A stretch of 64,000 bases of DNA from Candidatus Latescibacterota bacterium. Lineage in GTDB: Bacteria; Latescibacterota; UBA2968; GCA-2709665. Positions 1 to 10,702 of this stretch are shown piece after piece; positions within the stretch are counted from its first letter, which is position 1; each line of letters opens with the position of its first letter. The translations under genes were made by a program, and so were the position numbers. Below the pieces are notes generated by a model that was given only the letters and a program-made list of their open reading frames with translations, was not told the origin of the DNA and did no database searches. The DNA lies in assembly GCA_965203805.1 (NCBI GenBank), contig OZ241917.1, forward strand, positions 1,056,001 through 1,120,000. Direction: 5' to 3'.

Positions 1-477
1 ACGTTCGTGACCCGAAAGATCACCCGGCGGCTGGCTCGCGTCAAAGTCGGGTTGGATGAATGCGTGTACCTGGGAAATCTCGATGCGATGAGAGACTGGG
101 GCCACGCACGGGACTATGTACGTGCCCAGTGGCTGATGCTCCAGCAGGCCCGGCCTGACGATTACGTCATCGCATCGGGGCATCAGCATTCGGTTCGCAC
201 GTTTCTGAATCTTACGGCTGAGCATCTGGGTCTGGAACTGGCGTGGCGCGGCAAGGGCGCCGGGGAAGTTGCGGTCAATACGGCGACCGGGAGCGCGGTC
301 GTGCGCATCGACCCGCGGTACTTCCGGCCGACCGAAACCCACTCGCTTCTGGGCGATGCGTCGAAAGCGCGCAGCAGGCTTGGCTGGCGACCTGAGACCA
401 GCTTCGAAGACATGGTCAGGGAAATGGTCGATGCCGATCTGCGCCTGGCCGAACGCGAGGCGTCATTTCAGCATTGA
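1..477 (+). CDS. gmd: GDP-mannose 4,6-dehydratase, C-terminal part (5' truncated by window edge)
   Basis: TRKIT...LGNLDAMRDWGHARDYV...DPRYFRPTE...LLGDASKA motifs typical of Gmd. Confidence 0.93.
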   Translation, partial: TFVTRKITRRLARVKVGLDECVYLGNLDAMRDWGHARDYVRAQWLMLQQARPDDYVIASGHQHSVRTFLNLTAEHLGLELAWRGKGAGEVAVNTATGSAVVRIDPRYFRPTETHSLLGDASKARSRLGWRPETSFEDMVREMVDADLRLAEREASFQH

Positions 478-577
478 ACGCGGACCGGGCCTTTCCGACG
501 GTACCGTAAAGGTCCGGGTCGCGGCCCCGGTTCACCCATTGGCAACGCAAGAAAACGCGGGGAGCAGGTTCGGAACC

Positions 578-1861
578 ATGGGCGACAGAACGCTTTTTGA
601 TGCTTCATACGAAAAACGCAGGAACCCGTTGTTAAAGCAGGTACTGGAGCGGCTGTATCCCATCTATTCACCGGAAGAGCGCGAGGTCATACGCATCGAC
701 TCAATCAGCAGGGTCCTGCTTTCTCGCCCCTCGGGTCGGGGCTTTGTCAACCGGGACATCCTCGAAACCGTTCTGGGCAACCTGCTGGAATGCGTCGCCC
801 CCGGTTCACACAACGTACAGGCAGCCGGACCGTCGGACAGCCTCGAGGATGCAATAGGAGAGATCGTCGATCAGATTTACGCGATGATCGTGCAGTCGTT
901 CCTGGCCGCGGAGGGAAACGGCAGGGATATTGAAACGCCGGCCCTGGAGGCCACATTTGCGCTTCTTGCGGACCTTCCAAATCTCAAGAGCCGCGCGCTG
1001 TGGAACCGATTTGCGTCTCTCAAGGATCCGGCGGTATGGGATGCATATGTCGTGGCCAGACACCAGTCCCGTATGGGTACGCTGGCGGACATGGACCACA
1101 GTCACGTGCTGGACAGCGCGATCGATGCCCGCGATTTCGAACCCTATCGGGAGTTTCTGAAGGCCCGAAATCTGGATTGCGCATTCGATTATCTCATGCA
1201 GCTGGTCATCAGCACATATCCCGGCTGGCGGGTGCTCTTCTACCATGACGTCGCCCACGCCCTCACCAGGTCCGGCGCAGCGAAAGGCCTCGCAGACGTG
1301 GTCCGGATGCCGGTTCCCCTTCTGCCCCGCGCCATATCGGAACTCGGCGGCCGGTATTACCAGGCCGACCTGCACCCGGAAACCGTGATCGGCGACGCGA
1401 ACTTTCTGGACCATCCGCACCGGGGACTGACAACCGGGCAGACCGGCGTGATCGGCTCGGGCTGTTACATCTATCCCTGCACGATGGGCGGCCTCAGCGG
1501 CAGAGTCAGACATCGACATCCGGAAATCGGGGACCACGTACAGATCGGTACCGACGCCACCCTCCTGGGACCCGTCAGAATCGGGAATCATTCAACAGTC
1601 GGTCCGAATACCCAGGTCTACGGCTACGTGCAAACCGAGACCGAATGCCGGATCGCCTCGTCGGTTGTCGTCGGCACCGTATTGAGCGGTGACAGGAAAC
1701 CCGGCAGGATTCGTCTGGGCAGGGGCGTCCGCGTGGGAGACGGAACCGTGATCGAGAACAGTACCGAACTGGACCTGATCATTCCCGACAAAGCCGAAAT
1801 CCCGGCACGAAGCCACGTCATCAACGACGGCTTCGGCAATCCGCGATTCGTGAGGGAATAA
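578..1861 (+). CDS. CysE/serine O-acetyltransferase-like hexapeptide-repeat acyltransferase with long N-terminal extension
   Basis: C-terminal DLHPETVIG..FLDHPH.G...MGG...RHPEIGDHVQIG left-handed beta-helix; ATG 578 preceded by GGAG. Confidence 0.7.
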   Translation: MGDRTLFDASYEKRRNPLLKQVLERLYPIYSPEEREVIRIDSISRVLLSRPSGRGFVNRDILETVLGNLLECVAPGSHNVQAAGPSDSLEDAIGEIVDQIYAMIVQSFLAAEGNGRDIETPALEATFALLADLPNLKSRALWNRFASLKDPAVWDAYVVARHQSRMGTLADMDHSHVLDSAIDARDFEPYREFLKARNLDCAFDYLMQLVISTYPGWRVLFYHDVAHALTRSGAAKGLADVVRMPVPLLPRAISELGGRYYQADLHPETVIGDANFLDHPHRGLTTGQTGVIGSGCYIYPCTMGGLSGRVRHRHPEIGDHVQIGTDATLLGPVRIGNHSTVGPNTQVYGYVQTETECRIASSVVVGTVLSGDRKPGRIRLGRGVRVGDGTVIENSTELDLIIPDKAEIPARSHVINDGFGNPRFVRE

Positions 1862-1862
1862 G

Positions 1863-1898
1863 AAAAAAGCGGCGCGTCGGGTTCAGACGCTCCGCTTT
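1863..1898 (-). terminator. Probable intrinsic terminator for the minus-strand operon
   Basis: Hairpin aaagcgg(c)gcgtc/gacgc(t)ccgcttt with adjacent A-run (U-tract on minus strand) between convergent genes. Confidence 0.6.
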
Positions 1899-2034
1899 CC
1901 GGGCAAGCTGGACCAATGGAACAGACTCAGTCCAACCCCGTTCTTCGCGTGCCCATTCCGGGTTGAATGCCAATGCGTTTCGATCGGATCCCGGCAGCAA
2001 GCGCGCCTGCGGGAAGCGCATTTCGGATTCAGCG

Positions 2035-2853
2035 CTACCGCGGCGCATTCTTGTGAAACTCGATATCCGCATACCAGGTCGACGCCCGGCTGTTGGTATT
2101 ATCGGTATCGGTCATCAGGTAGACGCGCAGTATCTTGCCCGGTTCCTCCCCCGGATATCCTCTCTTGTAGTCTTCGTAGAGATTCCGCACTTCCCGCACC
2201 CACCGCTTCATCCGTCCCAACCCGCTCTCCGCGACAATTCGCCGCCACGACAGCTTCCAGACAAACGGAATGATGGTTGTCTCGGACTTGAACATCAGCG
2301 ATTCCGGCAGTGAATTGGACCAGACGTAAGCGATTTCGCGAATGTTGTTGGTGCCCTTCTCCAGGATCGCGACCCCCAATTTTGCGTTGAAGTCGTCATC
2401 CTGCTTCTTCAACCTGTCGCCTTTCTCCAGCCGCTGCCGACCGATCGTCGAATAATCCACCTTCCACCGCCAGGACAAGTACGGGTTCTCTGCCACATCG
2501 ATGAGTGTGTCGAATCCGCGCTTTCTGATAATCTTTTCGAATTGTCTGGGCGGTCGCTCACACCGTGCGATCCACGGATAGCGGCCCGGGTCCAGCGCCA
2601 TGGGTCGGCCGGATTTTGTGGGTATCTGCCAGAGCAGTGCGGCCGACCTTTCGCTCACGAAGCGGACCGAATTATTCGCGTACTGGAACTTGGTCTTCGT
2701 ATCGCATTCGGCCCAATCCCGCTGCAGCCAGGCGCTCATATCTACCTGCAGCCCGCCGCTTCCCGCCTTTGCGAAGGCTTCGCCCGCCCACCAGGTGAGC
2801 GCGCAGCAGGCAAACCAGAGGAACCGCCGGTGGCGTAACATGCCGAACCTCAT
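2035..2853 (-). CDS. DUF3047-like exported protein
   Basis: Signal peptide; P.LSWRWKV, DDF, YVWS, W..E.RNL..DY, MTDTDNT motifs. Confidence 0.75.
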   Translation of the reverse strand: MRFGMLRHRRFLWFACCALTWWAGEAFAKAGSGGLQVDMSAWLQRDWAECDTKTKFQYANNSVRFVSERSAALLWQIPTKSGRPMALDPGRYPWIARCERPPRQFEKIIRKRGFDTLIDVAENPYLSWRWKVDYSTIGRQRLEKGDRLKKQDDDFNAKLGVAILEKGTNNIREIAYVWSNSLPESLMFKSETTIIPFVWKLSWRRIVAESGLGRMKRWVREVRNLYEDYKRGYPGEEPGKILRVYLMTDTDNTNSRASTWYADIEFHKNAPR

Positions 2854-2865
2854 CCATCCTATGAA

Positions 2866-3981
2866 TTATCGCGACAGGGTTTCCTCATAGACCCCGAGGG
2901 TCTTCCGCGCGCAATCCCGCCATGTGTATCCGGCAGCCTGGCGCCGCCCTCTGACCACGAGACGTTCCCTCAATGCTTCATCTCGAATCAAGCGCGTCAT
3001 TCCGCTGGCGATCGACCCGACGTCCATTGGATTGACGAGGACGGCCGCATCACCGGCGATTTCAGCAAGCGACGATGTATCCGACGTCAACACCGGACAC
3101 CCGCAGGCCATCGCCTCGATTACAGGCAGCCCGAAACCCTCCGTAATCGATGGAAACACAAAGAAGGCGGCTTCCTCAAAGCACGCGCGTACCTGGCCAT
3201 CGCTCAGTTGCCCGGTAAATATGACGTTTTGAGCAATCCCAAGGTTCCGTGTGAGTTCGGAAAGGTTCGCGTATCCGTCGCCTCGTCCGCTGATCAGGAG
3301 GGAAAACCCGGGACATCGCCTGGCGACCACGCCGAAGGCCTCGACCAGACGTCGGATGTTCTTGTACGGTTTTGTGTTGCCCAGTGAAAAGATGAACCGC
3401 CTGCCCCGGCAGACGTCTGGCAGCCCGTCGGAATGGTCGTCTCCCGAGGAAGAGCCATCGCTTCCATGATGGATCGTCGTGAATTTCGAAGGGGACTCGG
3501 GATATCTCGCGAGCGCGTCCTGCCGGGTGGTTTCTGATACGGCTATCACGTGATGGGACCTGTTGACAGACATCCCTATCCATGGACCCGCGAACCGGCG
3601 GGCCATCCATCCGCGCCATCGCGCTTCGTACGCAATCTCCGGGGAATTGATCCAGATCAGATCGTGCAGGGTGAGGACAATCCGCCTGGCGCTCACACCG
3701 AGGGGAAGAAGGTGAAAAAGACAATGATATATGTCGGCCCGGAGCGGATTCACGACCCTCGCGCCCCCCAGGAGGTTCCGGCCCGTTGAAATCCCGTAAG
3801 GAACCGCTATATCCGTGAAATTCGGTTGTATCACAAGCGGGCGCGGGTAGGCGGCCCGCCTGAGCAGCAGGTATTCGTTCTCCCGATCCAGGCCGGCCAT
3901 CGCGCGGACCAGGCTGAACGCATACCGGCCGACGCCGGTCTCGACATTCCGGACCTCGCGCGCGTCGATACAGATTCTCAC
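2866..3981 (-). CDS. Glycosyltransferase family 4
   Basis: GTG start after GAGAGGAGG; RICIDAR..TGVGRY, TLHDLI, FPSITEGFGLPVIEAMACG. Confidence 0.92.
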   Translation of the reverse strand: MRICIDAREVRNVETGVGRYAFSLVRAMAGLDRENEYLLLRRAAYPRPLVIQPNFTDIAVPYGISTGRNLLGGARVVNPLRADIYHCLFHLLPLGVSARRIVLTLHDLIWINSPEIAYEARWRGWMARRFAGPWIGMSVNRSHHVIAVSETTRQDALARYPESPSKFTTIHHGSDGSSSGDDHSDGLPDVCRGRRFIFSLGNTKPYKNIRRLVEAFGVVARRCPGFSLLISGRGDGYANLSELTRNLGIAQNVIFTGQLSDGQVRACFEEAAFFVFPSITEGFGLPVIEAMACGCPVLTSDTSSLAEIAGDAAVLVNPMDVGSIASGMTRLIRDEALRERLVVRGRRQAAGYTWRDCARKTLGVYEETLSR

Positions 3982-3994
3982 CGTACCTCCTCTC

Positions 3995-5515
3995 TCACAC
4001 GAGGATCCGTCTGATCCGGCGATAGACCCGCAGTCCGAACTGCTTTTCCTCGTCCTCCATGCCCAGCAGACAGAGGAACCCCCCGAAACACAGAAATACC
4101 AGCGCCGCCCGGCCCAGCACATCCCACAGGGGCGCGGCTGGAGCGGCAGGCCCCGACACCCACATCAGACCCGCAGTCGCGCAGCCGGCAATCAGTGGCT
4201 TGCAGAGTTTGGTCGAAAACGCGTGTACCTTCAACTGTCGAAATACCTGCCAGGACGAGAGTCCCTGCGCCAGAATCGCCGTGGACGCGGCGCCGAATGC
4301 GGCCCCCGTTGGGCCAAACCGGCGAACCAGAACAAACGTACCGATCCCGCCGATCACGAGCGTGACACTTCTGATTCCAAGGAGCGCGTGGGGATACCCG
4401 GTCATCACCAGCACGTAGCCGGACAGTCCCAATACAGCCGTTGCGGCGGCGCCAAGCAGCAGAATCAGCAGCCAGGAATATCCCGCCGGAAATTCCGATC
4501 CCACGAATGCGGCAATCTGGCTCCCGTAGAAGGCGAATATGAGGATGACGGGAATGGATCCCAGCACGACCCAGCGGGTGACAAGCTTGAAGATTTCGCC
4601 CAGCCGCGCAATTTCCCCCCGTGCGTGATATTCGGCAAAGAAAGGATTCGCGATGGGATCGAAGGCGCCGGGCACGGCCCGCACGACCCCGGCCAACTGA
4701 ATCATCACGCCATATACTGCAATGGTTTCGGGTTCGATATAAGACCCGACAATTACGACGTCCAACCGTCCGTTGAGTTCCGCAATCAGATCGATGAGGA
4801 ACATCGACGATGAAAAACGAAAGAGCCTTCGCTCAATTCCCGCCGCCCCATCGGTCCATGTACGCCGGGGATAAAACCTGAAGACCGGAAGGATGGAACA
4901 ACAGAACACGATACCCGTAGCTGCCAGATAGGCCCCGGCTATCCCCCTCAGATCCATCTGAAGGAAGTAGAACAGGATCGCGAAGCCGATCAACAGCGCG
5001 GGTTCGGTGAGTCCCTTGAGGTACAGCTGATATTCCATCACCTTGTGAGCGATCGGAACCTGCAGCAGCAACCCGCCCGCGGTCTGAAAGAAGACAACGA
5101 ATGCCATCCACCGCAGTGCGACCGCCACACCGTCCCTACCGATCAAACCCTCTAGCGCGTCGGAAAAGAACACACAGCCCAGGCTGACCGAAAGGCTCAG
5201 GATTCCTCCGGCGAAAAAAGCAGTCTTGACGCCCCCGAGAGCCCGATGCGTCTCGCCTCGCGAGTGATGGTGGGCGACGTGACGGAGCAATGCCTTGTCG
5301 AGACCGAAAAACGCAAACCGGGAAAACAGATTCACCCAGGTCCAGGAAAGGAAAAAAAGGCCGTAAGTAGCCGTGGAATAAAGACGCGCGGCGAGAAGGT
5401 AGAATACCGGACGGCCCAGCCTGGAGAAGAGGGTCAGAATATTGACGCCGACACCGCGGGACAGCGTTGCCAGGTCCATCTCGCTACGCGCCTGTTCCTT
5501 GACTTCATCCACCAT
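3995..5515 (-). CDS. Polysaccharide flippase (Wzx/MOP family)
   Basis: About 14 hydrophobic segments, ARL....YG motif, located between glycosyltransferase genes. Confidence 0.85.
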   Translation of the reverse strand: MVDEVKEQARSEMDLATLSRGVGVNILTLFSRLGRPVFYLLAARLYSTATYGLFFLSWTWVNLFSRFAFFGLDKALLRHVAHHHSRGETHRALGGVKTAFFAGGILSLSVSLGCVFFSDALEGLIGRDGVAVALRWMAFVVFFQTAGGLLLQVPIAHKVMEYQLYLKGLTEPALLIGFAILFYFLQMDLRGIAGAYLAATGIVFCCSILPVFRFYPRRTWTDGAAGIERRLFRFSSSMFLIDLIAELNGRLDVVIVGSYIEPETIAVYGVMIQLAGVVRAVPGAFDPIANPFFAEYHARGEIARLGEIFKLVTRWVVLGSIPVILIFAFYGSQIAAFVGSEFPAGYSWLLILLLGAAATAVLGLSGYVLVMTGYPHALLGIRSVTLVIGGIGTFVLVRRFGPTGAAFGAASTAILAQGLSSWQVFRQLKVHAFSTKLCKPLIAGCATAGLMWVSGPAAPAAPLWDVLGRAALVFLCFGGFLCLLGMEDEEKQFGLRVYRRIRRILV

Positions 5516-6425
5516 GCCGCCTCACGGTTCCGGATCTCACGCGGGTGTTACGATGCAGGTTGATACCCATCCGGATACCCCGTGCCAGCGCCTGCAGCTT
5601 CCGCGGTATCGTCCACCAGAAGTCGAATGCGCCAAATCGGCCGCGAAGGATGAAGAATCGAACGAACAGATTCAGGACAAGGTACGGCGAAAGCCGCACG
5701 TCGCAGTGTTTCAGCCAGAAGTACAGCTCGTTTGCGTAGGTCAGCGGATCGGCTGCCTGATCCGAAACGCGGCAGCCTCCGGAGGGCGCCGCATGGTGGA
5801 AGACCATGGCTTCCGGATCGAATACCATCCGGCCGCCCCCTGACTTGAGGTAGCGGAGACAGAAATCCGTCTCCTCCCGCAGCTGGCTGCCGGCGAACTG
5901 CTCGTCGAAGCCACCGCAGCGCAACGCCTGGGTCCGGAGAAAGGAGAGATTGCCCCCCCCGCCGTGCGAAACGCTTCGGCGGCGGGTCGCGTGGAAATTC
6001 GAAATCACATGACCATACCATGTCACCACGCCGCAGCGCCTCGGCTCCCGGCGGCGCCGGCTTCGTGAACTGATGATTCGGCCGGCCACAGCGCTGACGC
6101 CTTCAGAGTCGTAATTGCGCACATGATTTGAGATAAAGTCGCCCGGCAGGTCAACGTCGTCGTCAAGACAGAGAATCACTTCCCCGCGCGCAATGTTCAT
6201 TCCCATGTTCTTCGCTCGGGTCCCGCTCGCCGTCTCCGTCCGGAGATACCGGATACGGGCGCGGATGGACGCCAGGAATTCCACGATCTCTGGCGGATGT
6301 ACGTCCGTCTGGTCGATGACGATGACTTCGTACGAGGGGTAGGACTGGCGCAATACCTGCTCCAGTGTCCTCTTCAGAAACCAGGAGCGTTTGTAGGTCG
6401 GGATAATGACCGAAACGTGTTTCAT
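5505..6425 (-). CDS. Glycosyltransferase family 2
   Basis: VSVIIPTYKR, EVIVID, LDDD, GGFDE.F, EETDFCLR. Confidence 0.92.
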   Translation of the reverse strand: MKHVSVIIPTYKRSWFLKRTLEQVLRQSYPSYEVIVIDQTDVHPPEIVEFLASIRARIRYLRTETASGTRAKNMGMNIARGEVILCLDDDVDLPGDFISNHVRNYDSEGVSAVAGRIISSRSRRRREPRRCGVVTWYGHVISNFHATRRRSVSHGGGGNLSFLRTQALRCGGFDEQFAGSQLREETDFCLRYLKSGGGRMVFDPEAMVFHHAAPSGGCRVSDQAADPLTYANELYFWLKHCDVRLSPYLVLNLFVRFFILRGRFGAFDFWWTIPRKLQALARGIRMGINLHRNTRVRSGTVRRHGG

Positions 6426-6487
6426 TCCCGAAGGCAATCCGAATGGGGTTTCGAAACTGAGAGGGCGCCGGTTAACCGGACGGCGTG

Positions 6488-7531
6488 CTAGCGGTCCAGT
6501 ACCGGAAGTTCGGCGGACGGCTCGTCAGAAGCGCAGAACGAGACGACGCGGTCGTGCAGGGCCGGGCCGTTCAACTCTCTATAGTAAATGAACAGGTACT
6601 CGTTCGCGTATCCGGCGTACCTCCCGCCGCGCGCCTCCGCCCACTCGCAGACCTTCCTGGCCGACCCCGCTAAATTGTACCATTCCCGGGCCAATTTGAG
6701 CACCCACGTATCCACGGGCACGGCATTCAGCCGTTCAAGCGCGAACAGGTCGATACACTTCCCGACCTTCAGTCCGACGCCCGTACCCGACCGTACTTTC
6801 AACGCGTCCACGATTTCACGCCAGTCATCCAGCGACAATCTCCCCGGATCGCCGCCCGCGCACTCGGAAACAAAACGGGCCGATGCAGCCACGCGTTCCG
6901 ACCGCCAACCGAAACGATTGGACCTGAAATACGTACCGTTCAGCCGGGCCAGAACATCGGATTCGGGAAACGTACAGTATCTCCTCCCCATAAACTCGAC
7001 TTCGCGGCCCCACGATTCGGCCAGGAAATTGACCCGCCGTTTGGTGAGGTCCATATGGGCCTGCACCGACAGGATATACGAAATCACGCACTCGAAGGGC
7101 ATCTGGCGTACGAACCGGAAACCCTTCAACAGGTCCCGCGCCCGGCGCAGGCGCCCGTCTCCCCGGGGCACGCGAACCCGGGGTCTTTCATTCAGTCTCA
7201 GGTACCACTCGAGAAACCCTGCCACGGGCATCTCGCCCAGATACGTGGCGACGTCTGACGCCCCCGCGCGATATCTGAGCGTCTCGCCTTCCTGGCGCAG
7301 ATGGAACACGGTGTCGTAGGCAACGCCCTTCCACCATCCGTCCACGTCGCGGCCCCACCGGAATACCTGTCCTCCGGCCAGTGTATGCCCCAGGTTGAAA
7401 TCCCGGGTTTCGATCCGGCCTGTTACAGGTTGCCCGGTAGACAACCGGTTCTCCCGCCGGGCCCGGATGTCCCGCGCTCGTTGACGGTCCGGCAGTACCG
7501 GCCTCGATGACTTTGTGGACAGTTCCGCCAT
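6488..7531 (-). CDS. 8-oxoguanine DNA glycosylase (Ogg1-like, HhH-GPD); start uncertain
   Basis: TL..GQVFRW N-domain, RQ.PFEC.ISYILS, GVGLKV..C..LFAL....VPVDTWV with catalytic Lys/Asp, AGYA..YLF. Confidence 0.82.
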   Translation of the reverse strand: MAELSTKSSRPVLPDRQRARDIRARRENRLSTGQPVTGRIETRDFNLGHTLAGGQVFRWGRDVDGWWKGVAYDTVFHLRQEGETLRYRAGASDVATYLGEMPVAGFLEWYLRLNERPRVRVPRGDGRLRRARDLLKGFRFVRQMPFECVISYILSVQAHMDLTKRRVNFLAESWGREVEFMGRRYCTFPESDVLARLNGTYFRSNRFGWRSERVAASARFVSECAGGDPGRLSLDDWREIVDALKVRSGTGVGLKVGKCIDLFALERLNAVPVDTWVLKLAREWYNLAGSARKVCEWAEARGGRYAGYANEYLFIYYRELNGPALHDRVVSFCASDEPSAELPVLDR

Positions 7532-7790
7532 ATCGCTATCCATTATAGGTATTTTGACGGCATGCGGCAAGTCCCCGGTCTTCCCCGCGAACTCCGGCCG
7601 GCTGACCCGTCATTGGGACGTGGACTCGGAGTCCCGGAGACAATGCACGCCAGGGCAGACGTAAAATGATCCGAGTCTTGAGTCTTTGGCTTGACTCCAA
7701 TATCATGCCTGTATATTTTTATATAAGCACCTGCTTTCAAGTCCGTTCCGCCCGATTGACACCCCTTGTCTCGCACGGACAGGATACCAC

Positions 7791-10154
7791 GTGGCGACAT
7801 CACCGTATCCGGCATCCGGCGCGCTCATCCGCGACGAACTGCCGGAATCCGTTCTCTCTCAGCTGAACAATATCCTCGATTCGAGAGAGGAAATCCTGCT
7901 CTCCGCCACGACGGATTTGAGGTTGGACGGTTCCTACGGCCCGGCGTGGCTGGTAGCGACCGGTCGACATCTGATAGGTGTCAGCCCCGCCGAAAACGGG
8001 CGCTGCGAGACCCTCAGCATTCCCCTCGCCGAGGTTACCCGCGTGGAAGTCAGGGAGCTCTTCGGCAGTGGGGTGCTCAGGATACGGACCGCGGGAAATG
8101 GCGCCTCCCTGGCCTTCTTCACCAAGACCCTTCTTTCCAAGTTTTCGCCGGTTCCCTCGCAGATTGAACGTCTCGTCCGGCAAGCCAAACCCGTTCCCGA
8201 GGACACGCAGATTTCCGACTCGAGCGTGGACGGATTTGCCGGCCGAAAGAAGCGGTGTGAACGTTGCCAGCAGGTGATCCCGCACTGGATGGGCGTCTGC
8301 CCGATGTGCCTGGATTCCCGCAGGCTGCTCTTCCGGCTGCTGGGTTACGCGAAGCCCTATTGGCAGACGGCGGTCGGCAGCCTTCTCCTTCTCCTTACCG
8401 CGACGTTCATCGGCCTGACGCCGCCGCTGCTGATGCGCACCCTCATCGACGACGTCCTTGTTGCCGACACGGGCGGCTCGAACCCGGCAGCGACCCTGAT
8501 CCCCGCCGAACCGCGTTCTTCCGTCCCCAGAAGCCAGGCTCCGTCGCCGCCTTCCGGGATGGACAAGCCCACCATGCTCGCCGTTCTGGTGCTGCTCCTT
8601 CTGCTGGTCAACCTATCCAGAAACGGGCTCAGCGCCGTACGAACCTACCTGCTGGCAAAGCTCGGTCAGCGTATCACTTTCGATCTTCGCAAAGAGGTCT
8701 ATCGACACCTCCACTATCTCTCGCTCAGTTTCTATAATGAGCGGGAGACAGGGCGCATCATGTCGAACATCACCCAGGACGTCAGCCGACTTCAGGACTT
8801 CATCTCTGACGGCCTCCAGGAAATTATCCGCGACATCGCCACGATCGTCATCATCTGCATCATCCTCTTTTCGCTGAACCCCGCTCTCGCGGCCTTCGTC
8901 CTGATACCCACCCCCCTGCTGATCCTGTTTACCCGTTACTTCGGAAGAAGGCTGCATGACCTCTATCATGGTCTCTGGCGCCGCTGGGCGGATATCCACG
9001 CTCTGCTGGCGGATACGATCCCGGGGGTGCGCGTGGTCAAGGCCTTCGCCCAGGAAAAGCGAGAGGTAAGCAAGTTCGAGAACAGGAGCTGGGGCCTGCT
9101 CTCGGGTGAAATCCGCGTGGCGAGAGTTCGCAGCACGTTTACGCCCATCATGACGTTCCTCACATCACTGGGGACCCTCATCATCTGGTGGATGGGCGGC
9201 AACAAAGTCCTTGGCGGCACCCTGTCGCTCGGCGAATTCGTCGCATTCACGGGATACATGTGGCAATTCTACGGACCGGTGGAAAGCCTGTGCCGTCTCA
9301 ATCACCGATTCCAGCGCGCGGCGACGTCGGCCGAGCGTATTTTCGAGGTCCTCGATACACAGTCCGACGTTGCGGAACGGCCGGGCGCCGGCGCCATGCC
9401 GCGCATTGCGGGTTCCGTGGAATTCTCCGGGGTCACGTTTTCGTACGAACCGGGTAAACCCATCCTCAAGGATCTGAATTTCAGAGTGGAACCGGGAGAA
9501 ATGATCGGACTCGCCGGTCACAGCGGCGCAGGCAAGAGCACCCTTATCAACCTGATCTGCAGGTTCTACGATATCCAGAAAGGCGACATCCTGGTCGACG
9601 ACCGGGACATCCGGGACGTCTCCCTCAAGTCCCTGAGGGCGCAGATCGGCGTGGTCCTGCAGGATCCGTTCCTGTTCAACGGTTCTGTTGCGGAAAACAT
9701 CGCCTATGGCAAACCCGGCGCAACGCTGGACGAGATCGTCGCGGCCGCGAAGGCGGCAAACGCGCACGATTTCATACTGGACTTTCCCGAGGGTTACGAC
9801 ACGCCCGTGGGCGAACGAGGTCTGCGCGTCTCGGGCGGTGAGCGCCAGCGACTTTCCATTGCGCGCGCGATCCTGAGGAATCCCCGCATTCTTATCCTCG
9901 ACGAAGCAACCGCCAGCGTGGACACTGAAACCGAGGCTCAGATCCAGGACGCCATTGCGCGTCTGATCGAGGGTCGGACCACCTTTGCAATCGCCCACCG
10001 CCTGTCGACGCTCAAGAATGCCAACCGCCTGCTGATCCTCGACAAGGGCGAACTGGCCGAGATCGGAACGCACGACGAACTCATTCGACGGGACGGCATC
10101 TACGCCCGGCTGTGCCGCATGCAGACCGAAATGTCCAAGTTACGCGCCTGGTAA
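7791..10154 (+). CDS. ABC transporter, fused permease/ATPase with N-terminal extension and CxxC..CxxC zinc ribbon
   Basis: Walker A GHSGAGKST, VSGGERQR, ILDEAT, IAHRLST; CERC...CPMC; six TM segments. Confidence 0.93.
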   Translation: MATSPYPASGALIRDELPESVLSQLNNILDSREEILLSATTDLRLDGSYGPAWLVATGRHLIGVSPAENGRCETLSIPLAEVTRVEVRELFGSGVLRIRTAGNGASLAFFTKTLLSKFSPVPSQIERLVRQAKPVPEDTQISDSSVDGFAGRKKRCERCQQVIPHWMGVCPMCLDSRRLLFRLLGYAKPYWQTAVGSLLLLLTATFIGLTPPLLMRTLIDDVLVADTGGSNPAATLIPAEPRSSVPRSQAPSPPSGMDKPTMLAVLVLLLLLVNLSRNGLSAVRTYLLAKLGQRITFDLRKEVYRHLHYLSLSFYNERETGRIMSNITQDVSRLQDFISDGLQEIIRDIATIVIICIILFSLNPALAAFVLIPTPLLILFTRYFGRRLHDLYHGLWRRWADIHALLADTIPGVRVVKAFAQEKREVSKFENRSWGLLSGEIRVARVRSTFTPIMTFLTSLGTLIIWWMGGNKVLGGTLSLGEFVAFTGYMWQFYGPVESLCRLNHRFQRAATSAERIFEVLDTQSDVAERPGAGAMPRIAGSVEFSGVTFSYEPGKPILKDLNFRVEPGEMIGLAGHSGAGKSTLINLICRFYDIQKGDILVDDRDIRDVSLKSLRAQIGVVLQDPFLFNGSVAENIAYGKPGATLDEIVAAAKAANAHDFILDFPEGYDTPVGERGLRVSGGERQRLSIARAILRNPRILILDEATASVDTETEAQIQDAIARLIEGRTTFAIAHRLSTLKNANRLLILDKGELAEIGTHDELIRRDGIYARLCRMQTEMSKLRAW

Positions 10155-10195
10155 CCGCAGGTCGCCCGCGCGCTTCATCAAATTCTGATTCTGTC

Positions 10196-10702
10196 ATGCA
10201 GCAAGCCTATCACCTTGAACAGGAACTGACGCTGCTGGATCCTGGCCGGATTCGCCTGCGTCGGGACGGATTCACGGACCTGATCCTGGAATACCGCGGG
10301 GAGCGGCAGCCGGTTACGGCGCACCGCGCCTTTCCTCTCACGGCGACCGGTCAATTCATCATCCTCAAGAACGAGGACGGCGCGGAGATCGGTGCGATCC
10401 GGGACATTGCGACTCTGGATGAAGAGAGCCGCGAAATCCTGGAGACCGACCTGGAACGCACCTATTTCGCGCCGGTCATTCTTCAGGTGAACAAACTCGA
10501 GGAAAACTTCCACATCCCGAAATGGGACGTGGAAACCGACCGGGGTCACCGCGTATTCGAGGTGCGCAGCCGCAGGCGCGACATTCGCATCCTGCCGGAA
10601 GGCCGCATTCTGCTGAGAGACGCGGACGGAAATCGATACGAGATTCCGGATTACAGAAAACTGGATCCGGTCAGCCGTGCATTTGTGGAAACGTTGATCT
10701 GA
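10196..10702 (+). CDS. DUF1854 family protein
   Basis: RAFPLT...EIG.I...YF.P.I...W.VETDRG...D.DGNRY.IPD...LD..S; follows this ABC type. Confidence 0.82.
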   Translation: MQQAYHLEQELTLLDPGRIRLRRDGFTDLILEYRGERQPVTAHRAFPLTATGQFIILKNEDGAEIGAIRDIATLDEESREILETDLERTYFAPVILQVNKLEENFHIPKWDVETDRGHRVFEVRSRRRDIRILPEGRILLRDADGNRYEIPDYRKLDPVSRAFVETLI

